From a virus (Duplodnaviria > Caudoviricetes), in IMG/VR virus record IMGVR_UViG_3300017700_000824, positions 1 through 59,824 of that record: a stretch of 59,824 nucleotides of DNA; one strand, given 5' to 3'. The notes beneath the pieces were generated by a model that was given only the letters and a program-made list of their open reading frames with translations, ran no database searches and was not told where the DNA came from. The position numbers and the translations under genes were made by a program. Shown one piece after another: positions 8,714 through 19,050 of this stretch (position 1 is its first letter; each line of letters begins with the position of its first letter).

Positions 8714-10273
8714 TTATTCGAAATATTCCTTCCAATAATTGTATGTTTTATAGTCATTAGGTGTGCCCCAACAAACATAATTATCAACTTCAAACACTTT
8801 TATTTTTAAGCCACTCTTAATGTTTTGATTTAGAACATCATCCACGTAAAACTCACCATTAGTTGTTATACCGTCCTGTACATTTTTAATAAATCCATCA
8901 GTAAAATATTTTGCTTTTCTAAAAAACATCGTTCCAACTATTGCATGTGTTGTAAGTGGATTGTCATAAATAAAGTTTTTACAAGATACGCGTTTTACAT
9001 TATCATCGGTATCCACATCTAACCACGCATATGCATTTGGATTCGTACTACTCGCTGGGTTATTCCTAAATGTCCAAACGATGATATCAATATCTTGGTC
9101 ATTAACTAATTTATCGTATTTATTAACATCATAGTACACACCATTATCACAAGCTGATATCATAATAGGTTCATTCAAATCAATTTTACTACCTTGAATT
9201 GCAATGTCACACGTACATGCTTGTCCTTTAGTTGTATCATTGATTACGAGAACTTCAGTATTAATATATGAATCGTATAGTTTTCTATCTAAATTAAATT
9301 CTTCGATATGTTCGTTTAAACATACAAAGATGTTTAAATCTGATTTAGGTAAGCAATCAACTGCTTGTAATATCATTTCTTTACCATCAATAGGTAATAA
9401 TGGTTTTGGTAATGGATAACCTTCTATATTGAATCTGGAGCCCTTACCAGCCATAGGTAGTATAAGACTAGTGTTTGGTGGGTTATTTAATGTATGTAAT
9501 CCTTTAGCTTTATTTTTAAAATATTTAGACCAATTATTATACATTTCTAAATCATATGGTGTTCCCCATTGTAACATCTTTTCAATAAGAAATGTGGTCA
9601 CCAATAACTCATCTTTAATTAACAAGTTATATACTAGGCTAACATAAAATTCGTTGTTTAAATTAAAGTCTAAATCAATTAATTGTTTGAAATATTTTTT
9701 TACCAAAGAACCATTTTTAAAATAATAGGTTCCATTAGAAGCTAGCTCAGACATCTTATTATCTGTGAAAGGTTTCTTTTCTTGTATCGCAATTGCTTTA
9801 TTGTTTTCTAATTTAACAAAAGCATAATTATCATTTCCTAACATATGTGGGTGAAACCCAGTATAACATGCTATAACACCGTCAGAATTACTTGTTCTTG
9901 CATGTTCTAAAAATCTTGTATAATCCCAACTAGTTCCATAATCACAATAACTAATAATTATTTCTTTAGTATCATCAATTAAATTTGAAACCTGTAGTAC
10001 AGCATCGACAGGACCCCTTCTATTATCGTTTGATACCGAGACAATAGTGCATTTAGGTGAAATTCGTTTTAACTCATCACACATGTTTGTATTTGTTATG
10101 TGTGTTTCATTACAAATGAAAATAACATTGTCTGGTCGGTTAAATAGATTTACTACATGTTCTATTATTGGTAAACCATCGACAATAATTAATGGTTTTG
10201 GATTTTCATAACCAGCATCTATAAAACGTTTTCCTATACCAGACATAGGTATTACTAACTGAACTTCTTTCAT
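8714..10273 (-). CDS. Tandem two-domain sugar-phosphate nucleotidyltransferase
   Basis: Two NTP-transferase domains: IPMSGIGKRF...PKPLI...WGTPYDL and LPMAGKGSRF...PKPLL...WGTPNDY; both contain N(N/G)EFYV. Confidence 0.85.
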   Translation of the reverse strand: MKEVQLVIPMSGIGKRFIDAGYENPKPLIIVDGLPIIEHVVNLFNRPDNVIFICNETHITNTNMCDELKRISPKCTIVSVSNDNRRGPVDAVLQVSNLIDDTKEIIISYCDYGTSWDYTRFLEHARTSNSDGVIACYTGFHPHMLGNDNYAFVKLENNKAIAIQEKKPFTDNKMSELASNGTYYFKNGSLVKKYFKQLIDLDFNLNNEFYVSLVYNLLIKDELLVTTFLIEKMLQWGTPYDLEMYNNWSKYFKNKAKGLHTLNNPPNTSLILPMAGKGSRFNIEGYPLPKPLLPIDGKEMILQAVDCLPKSDLNIFVCLNEHIEEFNLDRKLYDSYINTEVLVINDTTKGQACTCDIAIQGSKIDLNEPIMISACDNGVYYDVNKYDKLVNDQDIDIIVWTFRNNPASSTNPNAYAWLDVDTDDNVKRVSCKNFIYDNPLTTHAIVGTMFFRKAKYFTDGFIKNVQDGITTNGEFYVDDVLNQNIKSGLKIKVFEVDNYVCWGTPNDYKTYNYWKEYFE

Positions 10274-10275
10274 AT

Positions 10276-10740
10276 TTAGCTTAATTTACTAGGATAATCA
10301 GTGCATATCCCATGAATTATTTTATCAGTATAATTGTTATTAAAATGAATAATATCCCATATGGACATCAAAGGTATTATCGAAGAACTATTTAACTCTA
10401 ATTTTAAATTGTGTACCCATATTGTATTATTGCTAACTAAAACAAAATCGTCTGTTGAGTGACAAAATCTTATTATTGTATTATCCAATTTACCCAAAGC
10501 ATGAGCAGAATTTAAATCTTTACAATGAAACCATAAATTATTTTTACGATTAAGTATCCATGTTTCAGAAACCTCATAGTCTGGTTTATCATGACCTAGC
10601 CAATATTTCCCATCAATATATCTTATATCCACTTCAACATCTAAACCTAACTGTAACGCACAATCAATATATGAAGGTCTATTTTCTTTATTAGTAATAG
10701 GTCCGATAATGTTTCCTCTATGTGATATAATTTTAGTCAT
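10276..10740 (-). CDS. Glycerophosphodiester phosphodiesterase (GDPD)-like protein
   Basis: IISHRGN, DVEVDI, LGHD, WFHCKD, GICTDY. Start moved to the ATG at 10740 (MTKIISHRG). Confidence 0.75.
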   Translation of the reverse strand: MTKIISHRGNIIGPITNKENRPSYIDCALQLGLDVEVDIRYIDGKYWLGHDKPDYEVSETWILNRKNNLWFHCKDLNSAHALGKLDNTIIRFCHSTDDFVLVSNNTIWVHNLKLELNSSSIIPLMSIWDIIHFNNNYTDKIIHGICTDYPSKLS

Positions 10741-11041
10741 TTTTAATGTCATCAATATTTAGTAATTTATCATCTATAAATAAATCATAGTATGGTTTAT
10801 CAACTCTTAATTCGTTATATTTAGCACCCCATAAATCTAATTGATGGGCGGTTAATTCATACCAGTTAATTTGTTTTCTACTACCTCTGGCTGTCCAATA
10901 AACAATTGTATGTCCTTCATCATATAACTTATTTATCTTTTCAATATTCTTTATTATTGGTGAGGCATCTTCGTATTTTCTACTGTTTGGCGTTGTACAG
11001 ATTGTTTCATCAATATCAACATAAATTATCTTGGTTTTCAT
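10733..11041 (-). CDS. Small HAD-superfamily phosphatase (capsule-biosynthesis type)
   Basis: VDIDETI (DxD), WTARG, KP...FIDDK motifs. Confidence 0.8.
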   Translation of the reverse strand: MKTKIIYVDIDETICTTPNSRKYEDASPIIKNIEKINKLYDEGHTIVYWTARGSRKQINWYELTAHQLDLWGAKYNELRVDKPYYDLFIDDKLLNIDDIKND

Positions 11042-11703
11042 TTTATTAAATTCTCTCTATATTTTTCGTTTTCATCGTTAACTAAATCATGTGTTTCTTT
11101 ATTAGTTAAAAAGTTTAATCTATCAAAAGATAGAGCTGATGTAAAAATTTCGGCTGATTTCTCGCAAATTTCTGTTGCTATAATACATTCGTCAATTGTT
11201 GACCCACATGTAATAATACCGTGATTTTCTAACAAAATTAATTTAGGAAAATAACCATTATCAATTATAAATTTTTCTACAAATTCAATGATTTTATTAG
11301 TCAATTCTAAACCTGGTTTTGCATATGGAATCAGACACGAATTAATACCGTTAAAAATTACTTGGTCTGGAAATAACCTACGTTTTGAAAATATAGCTGA
11401 ATCATGACTACACAATATTTTTAACGTATTAACAGGGTGTGTGTGTGACACATAATTAACTTCATTAAATGATAATAGATATGTGTGGAAACTTGTTTCA
11501 ATACTAGATTTTTTTGAACTTGAATCTAGGAGATTTCCATCTACATCTATTCTTACTAAATCATTGTCGGATAAGGTTGATAATTTAGAACCACTAGCTT
11601 TTATTAATATACCATCAACATCTTTACCAGAAATGTTACCTTCCATTCCAACACAATATTTTGAAACGCCTTTGGCTAATCGTTTTAAATCATCTACCAA
11701 CAT
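11038..11703 (-). CDS. Class II aldolase/adducin family protein (FucA/RhaD/AraD fold)
   Basis: EGNIS, KASG, SSIETSFH, HTHP and LENHG metal-binding motifs. Confidence 0.85.
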   Translation of the reverse strand: MLVDDLKRLAKGVSKYCVGMEGNISGKDVDGILIKASGSKLSTLSDNDLVRIDVDGNLLDSSSKKSSIETSFHTYLLSFNEVNYVSHTHPVNTLKILCSHDSAIFSKRRLFPDQVIFNGINSCLIPYAKPGLELTNKIIEFVEKFIIDNGYFPKLILLENHGIITCGSTIDECIIATEICEKSAEIFTSALSFDRLNFLTNKETHDLVNDENEKYRENLIK

Positions 11704-11704
11704 A

Positions 11705-12430
11705 TTAAAATCCTTTCTTAATCATGAAAGCACTTGGTGCTACCCAATTTGTACTTTTTAAATTGTATTCTAAATTAAACTCTTTTAAGAAACGTTCAAC
11801 ACCACTACTTTCACTAAATTTGTGGTATTCATATTCATCAAATAATATCACACCACCAGGAAGTATTCTTTCCCATAAATATTTAAGAGCATGATATGTT
11901 GGTCTATCTAAATCTACATCAATGTATAATAATGAAATTCTAAAACCATTATTTTCTTCTAGATATTTAGGGATGCTAAATTCCACATCTCCTTTAATTA
12001 ACTTGAACTTATCGTCACTAATATTAGTTTGTAATAACCTATCAGTAACTGATTCTAATGTTAAATCATCATAATTAACTCTATCATAAACAACTTTCAT
12101 ACTCCCCTTATCAACGTCACCATCTTTCTCTAATATTTCTTCAGCTTCAAATGTATCAAAGATATCAAAACCAATAACTTTTTTATTTGAATTAGGGCAA
12201 TAGATTTCAATAAATTTCATAAAAGTAGATATACCTGAACCCTTGAATACCCCGATTTCTACTATATCTCCTGGTAGGTCTTTAACATTCAAAAAATGTT
12301 CAAACCTATGTAATAATTTACCAGTTAGTTTTAAATCACTTGAGAATATGAAATTGTTAAATTTATCATAAGTACTTTGTTCTATGATGTTTAACTTGTT
12401 ATTATTGCTTATTTCGCTAAGTTTGTCCAT
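11705..12430 (-). CDS. TylF/MycF/NovP-family sugar O-methyltransferase
   Basis: PGDIVEIGVFKG, GFDIF, LYIDVDL, GGVILFDEY motifs. Confidence 0.85.
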   Translation of the reverse strand: MDKLSEISNNNKLNIIEQSTYDKFNNFIFSSDLKLTGKLLHRFEHFLNVKDLPGDIVEIGVFKGSGISTFMKFIEIYCPNSNKKVIGFDIFDTFEAEEILEKDGDVDKGSMKVVYDRVNYDDLTLESVTDRLLQTNISDDKFKLIKGDVEFSIPKYLEENNGFRISLLYIDVDLDRPTYHALKYLWERILPGGVILFDEYEYHKFSESSGVERFLKEFNLEYNLKSTNWVAPSAFMIKKGF

Positions 12431-12460
12431 AATTTTTGTTTTAATAATAGAGTAATTTTT

Positions 12461-13891
12461 TTAATTTGTAAAGGTGAGGTTAAAAATAAAATACAAAATA
12501 TAATCGTAAAATGTGTTATTCGTATTAAAGCCAAAGTTTATTGGTGTATACTCGTTAAAAATGATTGTGATAAATTCACCATTTTCATATATTTTATAAT
12601 CAATTACGTTGAATCGAGTTAATAATTCATCTAAATTAGCACATCGTTTATTTATTGAGAGTTCTAGGCTGACAGTCTCAACAGTTGTTAAATCATCAAA
12701 ATTAATAAAATCATTTGTGAAGAATTTAACTATGATGTCAGCGTTAAATTTCTGAGGTAAAATATATTCTTGGTAATCATTTTCTCTTTTTTTCATACTA
12801 TCTAATACCTTTCCAATAGTATATCCACGTTCTATTACGTCTCTTTTAAGCTTCCATTTCTTTTTTAGATTAGATTCTGTATCCATGTATATTTTAACAT
12901 CGTATAGCTTGTTATCACCATATAGGCTATGTAAACCACAAACGATTAAATTATTTGACGGAGTGATACGTTGTTTATCAGTAAATTTACCAGTACTATG
13001 GTCATAGTCTACTTGATGGATTTGGTTACCTACTTTTAAATTAAAGATATCATCTTCCATCTTAGTAATATAATTAGCTTCTGGATTTAGATGCGTTATT
13101 TTATCCCAATTATTATTATACCTTTCCCATTTATGATATCTATCACACTCTAACATAAAAGAATCTGAATAACTGTTTTTAAGTAATGTACTAAGTGTTG
13201 ATTTACCAGACCCAGAATCGCCACATATAGCAAACACATTACATTTCGATAAAATGAAGTTATAATCTACATCAATTAAACGATATGCGATACCTTGGCT
13301 TCTAAGATAGTTATATAACGCTGTTTCAGAAACAGGATGTATTTTATCACCATAATATCTTGAAATATCAAAATATCTGTTCATGGATTTACTATTACCA
13401 AAAGCTAATGCATCACATAAATAATTATCGTTCAAATTAATCAACTTATTCTTATCTATTTTGCTATCTTCAGGTATGTAAATCATACCATTATCAAAAT
13501 CTAAATTAAAAATATTTTTAGAATTTATTTCCAAATCTGGTCTATATCTGATTACTAAATCATATAGTGATGTTTCATTTTCCCTAATCTTTTTTAATTC
13601 GTTTAGTTTATATAATTTAGCCCAATGATTTATTGTATTGTTAGTAATTCTATCTGAAACATATGTTATGTTATCTTCAATAAGTGTAACAGTTGGATTT
13701 AACTTTTCAATAATGTACTTAACGTCAGATTCTTCGATTCTATTAAGGTATTTATCTTCATTATTCTCATCTTTAGTTATGTGTAAATACACATCAACAT
13801 TTTCAAATTTATTGAGGATTTCACTCTGAATAAATTCAATATTTTTATCATAATTTCTTAAATACCCTGCTATTAATAATGCTACTCTCAT
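12461..13891 (-). CDS. Fusion: N-terminal putative glycosyltransferase-like domain plus C-terminal phosphoribulokinase/uridine kinase-family domain
   Basis: N-terminal RVALLIAGYLR...YDLVIRYRPDL...DALAFG. C-terminal CGDSGSGKST, DRYHKWER, YDHSTGKF, GLH, RDVIERG, YILPQ closely resemble PRK motifs. Confidence 0.75.
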   Translation of the reverse strand: MRVALLIAGYLRNYDKNIEFIQSEILNKFENVDVYLHITKDENNEDKYLNRIEESDVKYIIEKLNPTVTLIEDNITYVSDRITNNTINHWAKLYKLNELKKIRENETSLYDLVIRYRPDLEINSKNIFNLDFDNGMIYIPEDSKIDKNKLINLNDNYLCDALAFGNSKSMNRYFDISRYYGDKIHPVSETALYNYLRSQGIAYRLIDVDYNFILSKCNVFAICGDSGSGKSTLSTLLKNSYSDSFMLECDRYHKWERYNNNWDKITHLNPEANYITKMEDDIFNLKVGNQIHQVDYDHSTGKFTDKQRITPSNNLIVCGLHSLYGDNKLYDVKIYMDTESNLKKKWKLKRDVIERGYTIGKVLDSMKKRENDYQEYILPQKFNADIIVKFFTNDFINFDDLTTVETVSLELSINKRCANLDELLTRFNVIDYKIYENGEFITIIFNEYTPINFGFNTNNTFYDYILYFIFNLTFTN

Positions 13892-13894
13892 ATT

Positions 13895-14731
13895 TTATTT
13901 AATTAATTTCCAATTGTTTAGTGTTATTGGCTTTGTGAACAAATCATCATGTCCTCGTTTACAATATAGATTTACTTCTTTACCGTTTAGTATGTTATAT
14001 TTAGCATCCAATTGATAAAGTAAACAACCCCAAATAGAATCTACTAAATGTATTTCACTTGCGTTTTGAATTATTTTAATGTAATCGAAAAAAACATTAG
14101 AAATTTTATTCAAATTAACACAAGTAGTTTTATCACGCTTTTCATTTAAATCTATCTTGGTGGATACATGGTGTGTGCCATGTTTATCATTTTCTTCATC
14201 ATCATGATAAATTATGTAATCAACACCATTTTCTATGATAAATTTATTATACTGTTCTTCTTCTAATTCTAAATCTCTCTCCACGTTAAATGATTCTATT
14301 CTATTGTTAAAATCAATGCCGTATAAAATATAGAATAGTTCTGAGAAATGTTTATTATTCTGTCTCGTAGATGTTTCATACCATTTATATTGGTAATTAT
14401 CTTTTCTAAATTTATCATGTTCAGCATGAAACATGATATCAAAATCATTTGGTATCAATATCGTGTTATTATAATACTGTACATTAATGTCTGTAGAATT
14501 GGTCGCTATTGTACCATAAAACCTACCATTGTCTGTTGTGATATATAACACTATTACATTGCTTAATCCTTTGGTGTAATAATCAACCATATATTTAGCA
14601 TCTTCACGGATTATTATTGTTATCTCAGAATAAATTGATGCGTAATAGTTTATTAACCCCATACACATTACTATATCTGTCCATCCTTGATGGAAATACA
14701 CACAAGCTTTATTTTTCAATTGTTCCTTCAT
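13895..14731 (-). CDS. Putative glycosyltransferase-like protein (GT-B/GT9-like)
   Basis: HQGWTDIVMCMGLI N-terminus and IIQNASEIHLVDS C-terminus; glycosylation-cluster context. Confidence 0.5.
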   Translation of the reverse strand: MKEQLKNKACVYFHQGWTDIVMCMGLINYYASIYSEITIIIREDAKYMVDYYTKGLSNVIVLYITTDNGRFYGTIATNSTDINVQYYNNTILIPNDFDIMFHAEHDKFRKDNYQYKWYETSTRQNNKHFSELFYILYGIDFNNRIESFNVERDLELEEEQYNKFIIENGVDYIIYHDDEENDKHGTHHVSTKIDLNEKRDKTTCVNLNKISNVFFDYIKIIQNASEIHLVDSIWGCLLYQLDAKYNILNGKEVNLYCKRGHDDLFTKPITLNNWKLIK

Positions 14732-15452
14732 TTTTCTGTTGCGCTATTTTACAAAAATGTTTATCTATGTTTACATAAGGGTTAACATTATGACAATCAT
14801 ATCTAACACCATCTATTAAGTATGAATTATCACTCCCATCAATCGTATAATTGATACCATCATTCAATTCTGATAATATTCTTCCTAAATATCGTTCAGA
14901 CGCTTCACTCTCATGTCTTCTTTCTATTATTATCTTAGTAAGATACCCATATAGTTTTGTTAATTTTTCATTAGATACAACAAAACTATTACACCAACAT
15001 AAATTAGTTGATTCTAAATTATTAAATAAACCTAGTTCATCTAATACTGTTGCAACCACATCCATTTTGGCTAAATCATTTCTCCAACCAATTATTGATG
15101 CCGCTTTAACATCTTTTAACTCACCAAAGTTAAATTTATTTTTTAAGATATATGTATCTTGTGTGCATACATAATAATCATATTTTTCAATTAAGTTGTT
15201 ATCAATAATATATTTTATAGCTACTTGATATGCTCCTAATTCAAACTTACATTTTATATCATTATCTAAAAAGATAATTTTAGGGTTATAAGAAATGGTC
15301 CTAAAAATATCTTCTTTATTAGGTGAATTATTATCAACAACAATTATCAATGCATTATCGTAAAAAGCTAGGATATTATCTATATAGTATTTCAAATAAG
15401 ATGGATAACCTCTAAAGTATTTATGTGCTATTATGAAAACTATTTTATCCAT
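14709..15452 (-). CDS. Putative glycosyltransferase (GT-A-like)
   Basis: IIVVDNNS, FELGAY, YVCTQD, ERYLG. Confidence 0.6.
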   Translation of the reverse strand: MDKIVFIIAHKYFRGYPSYLKYYIDNILAFYDNALIIVVDNNSPNKEDIFRTISYNPKIIFLDNDIKCKFELGAYQVAIKYIIDNNLIEKYDYYVCTQDTYILKNKFNFGELKDVKAASIIGWRNDLAKMDVVATVLDELGLFNNLESTNLCWCNSFVVSNEKLTKLYGYLTKIIIERRHESEASERYLGRILSELNDGINYTIDGSDNSYLIDGVRYDCHNVNPYVNIDKHFCKIAQQKNEGTIEK

Positions 15453-16225
15453 TTATCAGAATTCTTTAAATTATATTGGTTAACGATTTTAATATAATCT
15501 TCACTAGCATCTAAATAAGATTGCCCATATACTGTTGTAAAACTTGAATCGAGTGGAAGTAATTTTCCACTATGACTGATATGTAAATATTTGAATACAT
15601 TTAATGTCTTAAAATATCCACAGTTTAAATTATTTCTTGAATGCATCTTGAATACCCTGAATTTTTTAGCGTAATTCTGTACATCTTGTTCCTCGATGGT
15701 CCTATATGTTTTATTTGGAAACATAGTCAATAAATCAATTAAAGAAGCTTTCCTCCAAATAGATGGGTTAACGTTATAAATGTAATCTTGTGAATTATCT
15801 TGACTTATAAGGTATATGTTATCATCTTTGATGATATCCGTTATTTGATATGAATTAGTCTCGAATATTAATTGCCCATCAGCTTTATCAGTATGTTTTA
15901 AATCCAATCTATCAAAGTTATTTGATTGTATGAATTGGTGTAGTTCGTTTAATTTATCTGTTTCAACATTAAGCAATATATCTATATCATGTATCAAAAT
16001 AAAATATTCGTCATCAATACTAGATAGACAGCTTAATAATCTAGTCGCATATGGTTGATTACCATCATAAAAAATTACCTTATCATATTTTGAATATAAT
16101 TCGTCAAGTTTCATATCGTTACTATTTATCAATAACGATACTTTACCAGCCCTATGTATGTAATCAGTTTGTATTTGTAAAATATCCAAATAATCTGTAT
16201 TTCCGTAAACAATGTAGTTAATCAT
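15440..16225 (-). CDS. Putative glycosyltransferase-like protein (GT-A-like)
   Basis: YATRLLSCL...EYFILIHDID (DxD), NPSIWRK. Confidence 0.5.
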   Translation of the reverse strand: MINYIVYGNTDYLDILQIQTDYIHRAGKVSLLINSNDMKLDELYSKYDKVIFYDGNQPYATRLLSCLSSIDDEYFILIHDIDILLNVETDKLNELHQFIQSNNFDRLDLKHTDKADGQLIFETNSYQITDIIKDDNIYLISQDNSQDYIYNVNPSIWRKASLIDLLTMFPNKTYRTIEEQDVQNYAKKFRVFKMHSRNNLNCGYFKTLNVFKYLHISHSGKLLPLDSSFTTVYGQSYLDASEDYIKIVNQYNLKNSDKWIK

Positions 16226-17480
16226 GATAATTTTTTTTAAATTTTTCTAAGTTAATAGCCCAAGCAGAATTTAATCCATTATCCAATTTAACACATTCAT
16301 TAGTTTTTTTAACAATTGATTTGAACTTGGTGTCATTATTCCATCCAGATACCATTATATCTGAATAAGAAATAGTTAATTCATCATTATTTATTTCTGT
16401 TATTTCACCTATTATATCACCACATTTAACTCTCATATGCTTTTTAAACTCGCTAGCCTCAGTATTAAAGGTGTCATTAAATAATGATAACTTAACACCA
16501 TTTAATGAATGTAAAAACCTTTCATTAACATCTAAAAAATGAGGGCTTACAATTGCTGTTAACTTACAATCTGGTTTAGAGAATAAAACATTACAAATAC
16601 CACCACCGATTGCACCAATAACACTTTCAGCATTTGCAAATAACGCTATTTTTTCTTTTGTTGATAGTGTTTCTGTAAATATTTCAGCATATCCAATACT
16701 TGTAAGGTACTCAACTAATTCATCTTCGTTAATCATTTTTCGCCTAGATGTGTAATTGGTCCCAATATTAGATAAATCTCCATGAACCCAACTTCTTCTA
16801 GATACATATATTTTCTTAGGTAAGTTTGATGTATCTATTTCTATTTTATCAACAATTGTTTTGAATAACTCATAAACTTCTTTTCTTGGTGGAAGATTAG
16901 AGTTAATCCCATGCGTGTAAGAATTAGATAAAAACACATTTCCATATAGTTTTTTCTTATCCACAATTTCAATGTCTTCTTCAGTGATACCAAACAATTC
17001 TAAAAACTCTATAACAAATTTGTAAAATGAATTTTTCCCTTCTGGATAATTCATTAATAGTTTTAGATTTGGGACCTTCGGTTTTAATTTTTGAAATGAT
17101 ATCAGATGTGGTAACGAGTCATAAATAAAGTGAAAATAATTATCTGTATTGTAGATAAAATAAAAAAAACACATTTGATTGTGTGGACTAAATGTTCCAT
17201 CACCCCAGTGTATAATGTCAGCCAAATTTTTAATAGCATTAAGAGCAGGTGATTCATACTCATTTGAAGTATGAATATCTTTCAAAGACATTATTTTTTC
17301 ATCTAATGGTTTAAATAAACAACCAGAAAATGTTTCATATAATAATGTATTTGGATAGGCAAGAGAATCACCAACAACAAACACATCGTTTAAATCGTAA
17401 AGTGTTATTTCTCGACCATTTTCATCCTTTTCTAAGATAATTAAGTTTGTATTTATTTTTTCTAATGGTAATATTTTCAT
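16218..17480 (-). CDS. Glycosyltransferase family 61 (DUF563)-like protein
   Basis: NYFHFIYDSLP, KKIYVSRR, NEDELVEYL, LSTKEKIALFANAESVIGAIGGG. Confidence 0.8.
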   Translation of the reverse strand: MKILPLEKINTNLIILEKDENGREITLYDLNDVFVVGDSLAYPNTLLYETFSGCLFKPLDEKIMSLKDIHTSNEYESPALNAIKNLADIIHWGDGTFSPHNQMCFFYFIYNTDNYFHFIYDSLPHLISFQKLKPKVPNLKLLMNYPEGKNSFYKFVIEFLELFGITEEDIEIVDKKKLYGNVFLSNSYTHGINSNLPPRKEVYELFKTIVDKIEIDTSNLPKKIYVSRRSWVHGDLSNIGTNYTSRRKMINEDELVEYLTSIGYAEIFTETLSTKEKIALFANAESVIGAIGGGICNVLFSKPDCKLTAIVSPHFLDVNERFLHSLNGVKLSLFNDTFNTEASEFKKHMRVKCGDIIGEITEINNDELTISYSDIMVSGWNNDTKFKSIVKKTNECVKLDNGLNSAWAINLEKFKKNYHD

Positions 17481-18226
17481 TATAAGTTATTTTTGTTTGC
17501 TCTGAAGAATTCTTCATATGGATATAGTTTGATATCCTCTAATTTTTGGTCCATAAATGTGTCAAACATTCCTTTATATTGGCCGTTTAAATTAGGCTCA
17601 TATTTGTCATTGTAAATAAATTTACGATTAAAGCTAGAGTATTTACCAATCCCAGCAATAATATGTTCATGCCTAATATTTGATACGATATTGATAACAC
17701 CATTAACACGTACATTATTTATCCTTATACCATTTTTTAACGCTCTAAATGTTATATCCCCGTCTTCCTCACCAAAACCTAATAATCGTTCATCAAAATA
17801 CCCTATTTTATCTATAGTTATTTTATTTACTATGAAGTGTGAAAAAGATTCATTAATTACAGTTAAACCATTGTAATAATCAGCATTGATGACCTCCGAT
17901 GTTATATCAAAAATGTCTTTAGAAATTATTTCAATATCATCATTAAGTACTAGTATATCATCATCATTAGATGATACAATAGCGGTATTCCATAATTTAC
18001 ATAAACCTCTAGTTTCAATGTAAAATATTGGGAACACATTTACATAACTTGCTGATAATGTAAGTATTTTTTTTCTATATTCATCATCAAATTCACCATT
18101 TTTTTCTCCGTTAACAATTAGTAAGATATTGTTATCGGTATGTTGTCTAATCTGTGGTATTAGATTTTCTATATAACCATATCTTTTTGAAAATGTAGTT
18201 ATTGCTATATTGAACTTCTTTATCAT
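17480..18226 (-). CDS. Glycosyltransferase family 2
   Basis: WNTAI, VLNDDI, IGYFDERLLGFGEEDGD. Confidence 0.85.
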   Translation of the reverse strand: MIKKFNIAITTFSKRYGYIENLIPQIRQHTDNNILLIVNGEKNGEFDDEYRKKILTLSASYVNVFPIFYIETRGLCKLWNTAIVSSNDDDILVLNDDIEIISKDIFDITSEVINADYYNGLTVINESFSHFIVNKITIDKIGYFDERLLGFGEEDGDITFRALKNGIRINNVRVNGVINIVSNIRHEHIIAGIGKYSSFNRKFIYNDKYEPNLNGQYKGMFDTFMDQKLEDIKLYPYEEFFRANKNNL

Positions 18227-19050
18227 AAATATTCCTCTCCAAATGTTATCAAATCTTTATTATAGTGCTTATGTATGAAATCTAAATAACCCTTTTCTTT
18301 TTCAAGCTCATTAAATATTTCGACATCAAAATCAATACCTTTTATGTGTTTGTCTTCTAGTTCTTGTTCATAAAAGTGAAAATTATTAACAACGCCATCG
18401 TATCTTCCATTTATGAATTCAACTGTGTGACCATAGTTAACAAATTCGTGATGTTTATACCATAATTGTTTTATGGCATAAAACCTTTTATTTATTGATT
18501 GTAAATGAATCACACCATATTCTTTAGTAAATTCCATAGGGAGATTTACATGAGGTGTTCTAGGTGTGTGATATTTAAAATCATTTATATTTAAGTTACT
18601 ACAATGTTTTAACGGTAATACAAAACATCTATAGTTGCTAGCATAATGTGGGTCGTTTCGATATTGTTTTAATGTTCCATTGACTGAATTATACCAAAAC
18701 AACCACATATTTTTTTTATCATATATGTGAATAAAATACTCCCAATCATATATAATGTTTGATGTTAACAATTCATCACAATCAATACAGAAAACCAAAT
18801 CAACATTATTTTCTCGTGATATATCAATCATTTTTTGACGTTGATATCCTTCGTTAAACTCTGGTAAATTATCATTTATAACTATAAATCTTTCCTCTGG
18901 TAGGTGCTGTTTTATAACATCAATTGAATTATCCGTTGAATTGTCATCATAGAATATAAATAAATCAATTGGATATGTTTTCCAAATTTTAAGAACTTGA
19001 GATAAAAGTTTTTCTTCATTTTTGAACATTGTATTGAATGCTGTTTTCAT
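18223..19050 (-). CDS. Glycosyltransferase family 2-like
   Basis: FKNEE, YDDNSTDNS, CIDCDE, IHL. Confidence 0.8.
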   Translation of the reverse strand: MKTAFNTMFKNEEKLLSQVLKIWKTYPIDLFIFYDDNSTDNSIDVIKQHLPEERFIVINDNLPEFNEGYQRQKMIDISRENNVDLVFCIDCDELLTSNIIYDWEYFIHIYDKKNMWLFWYNSVNGTLKQYRNDPHYASNYRCFVLPLKHCSNLNINDFKYHTPRTPHVNLPMEFTKEYGVIHLQSINKRFYAIKQLWYKHHEFVNYGHTVEFINGRYDGVVNNFHFYEQELEDKHIKGIDFDVEIFNELEKEKGYLDFIHKHYNKDLITFGEEYL

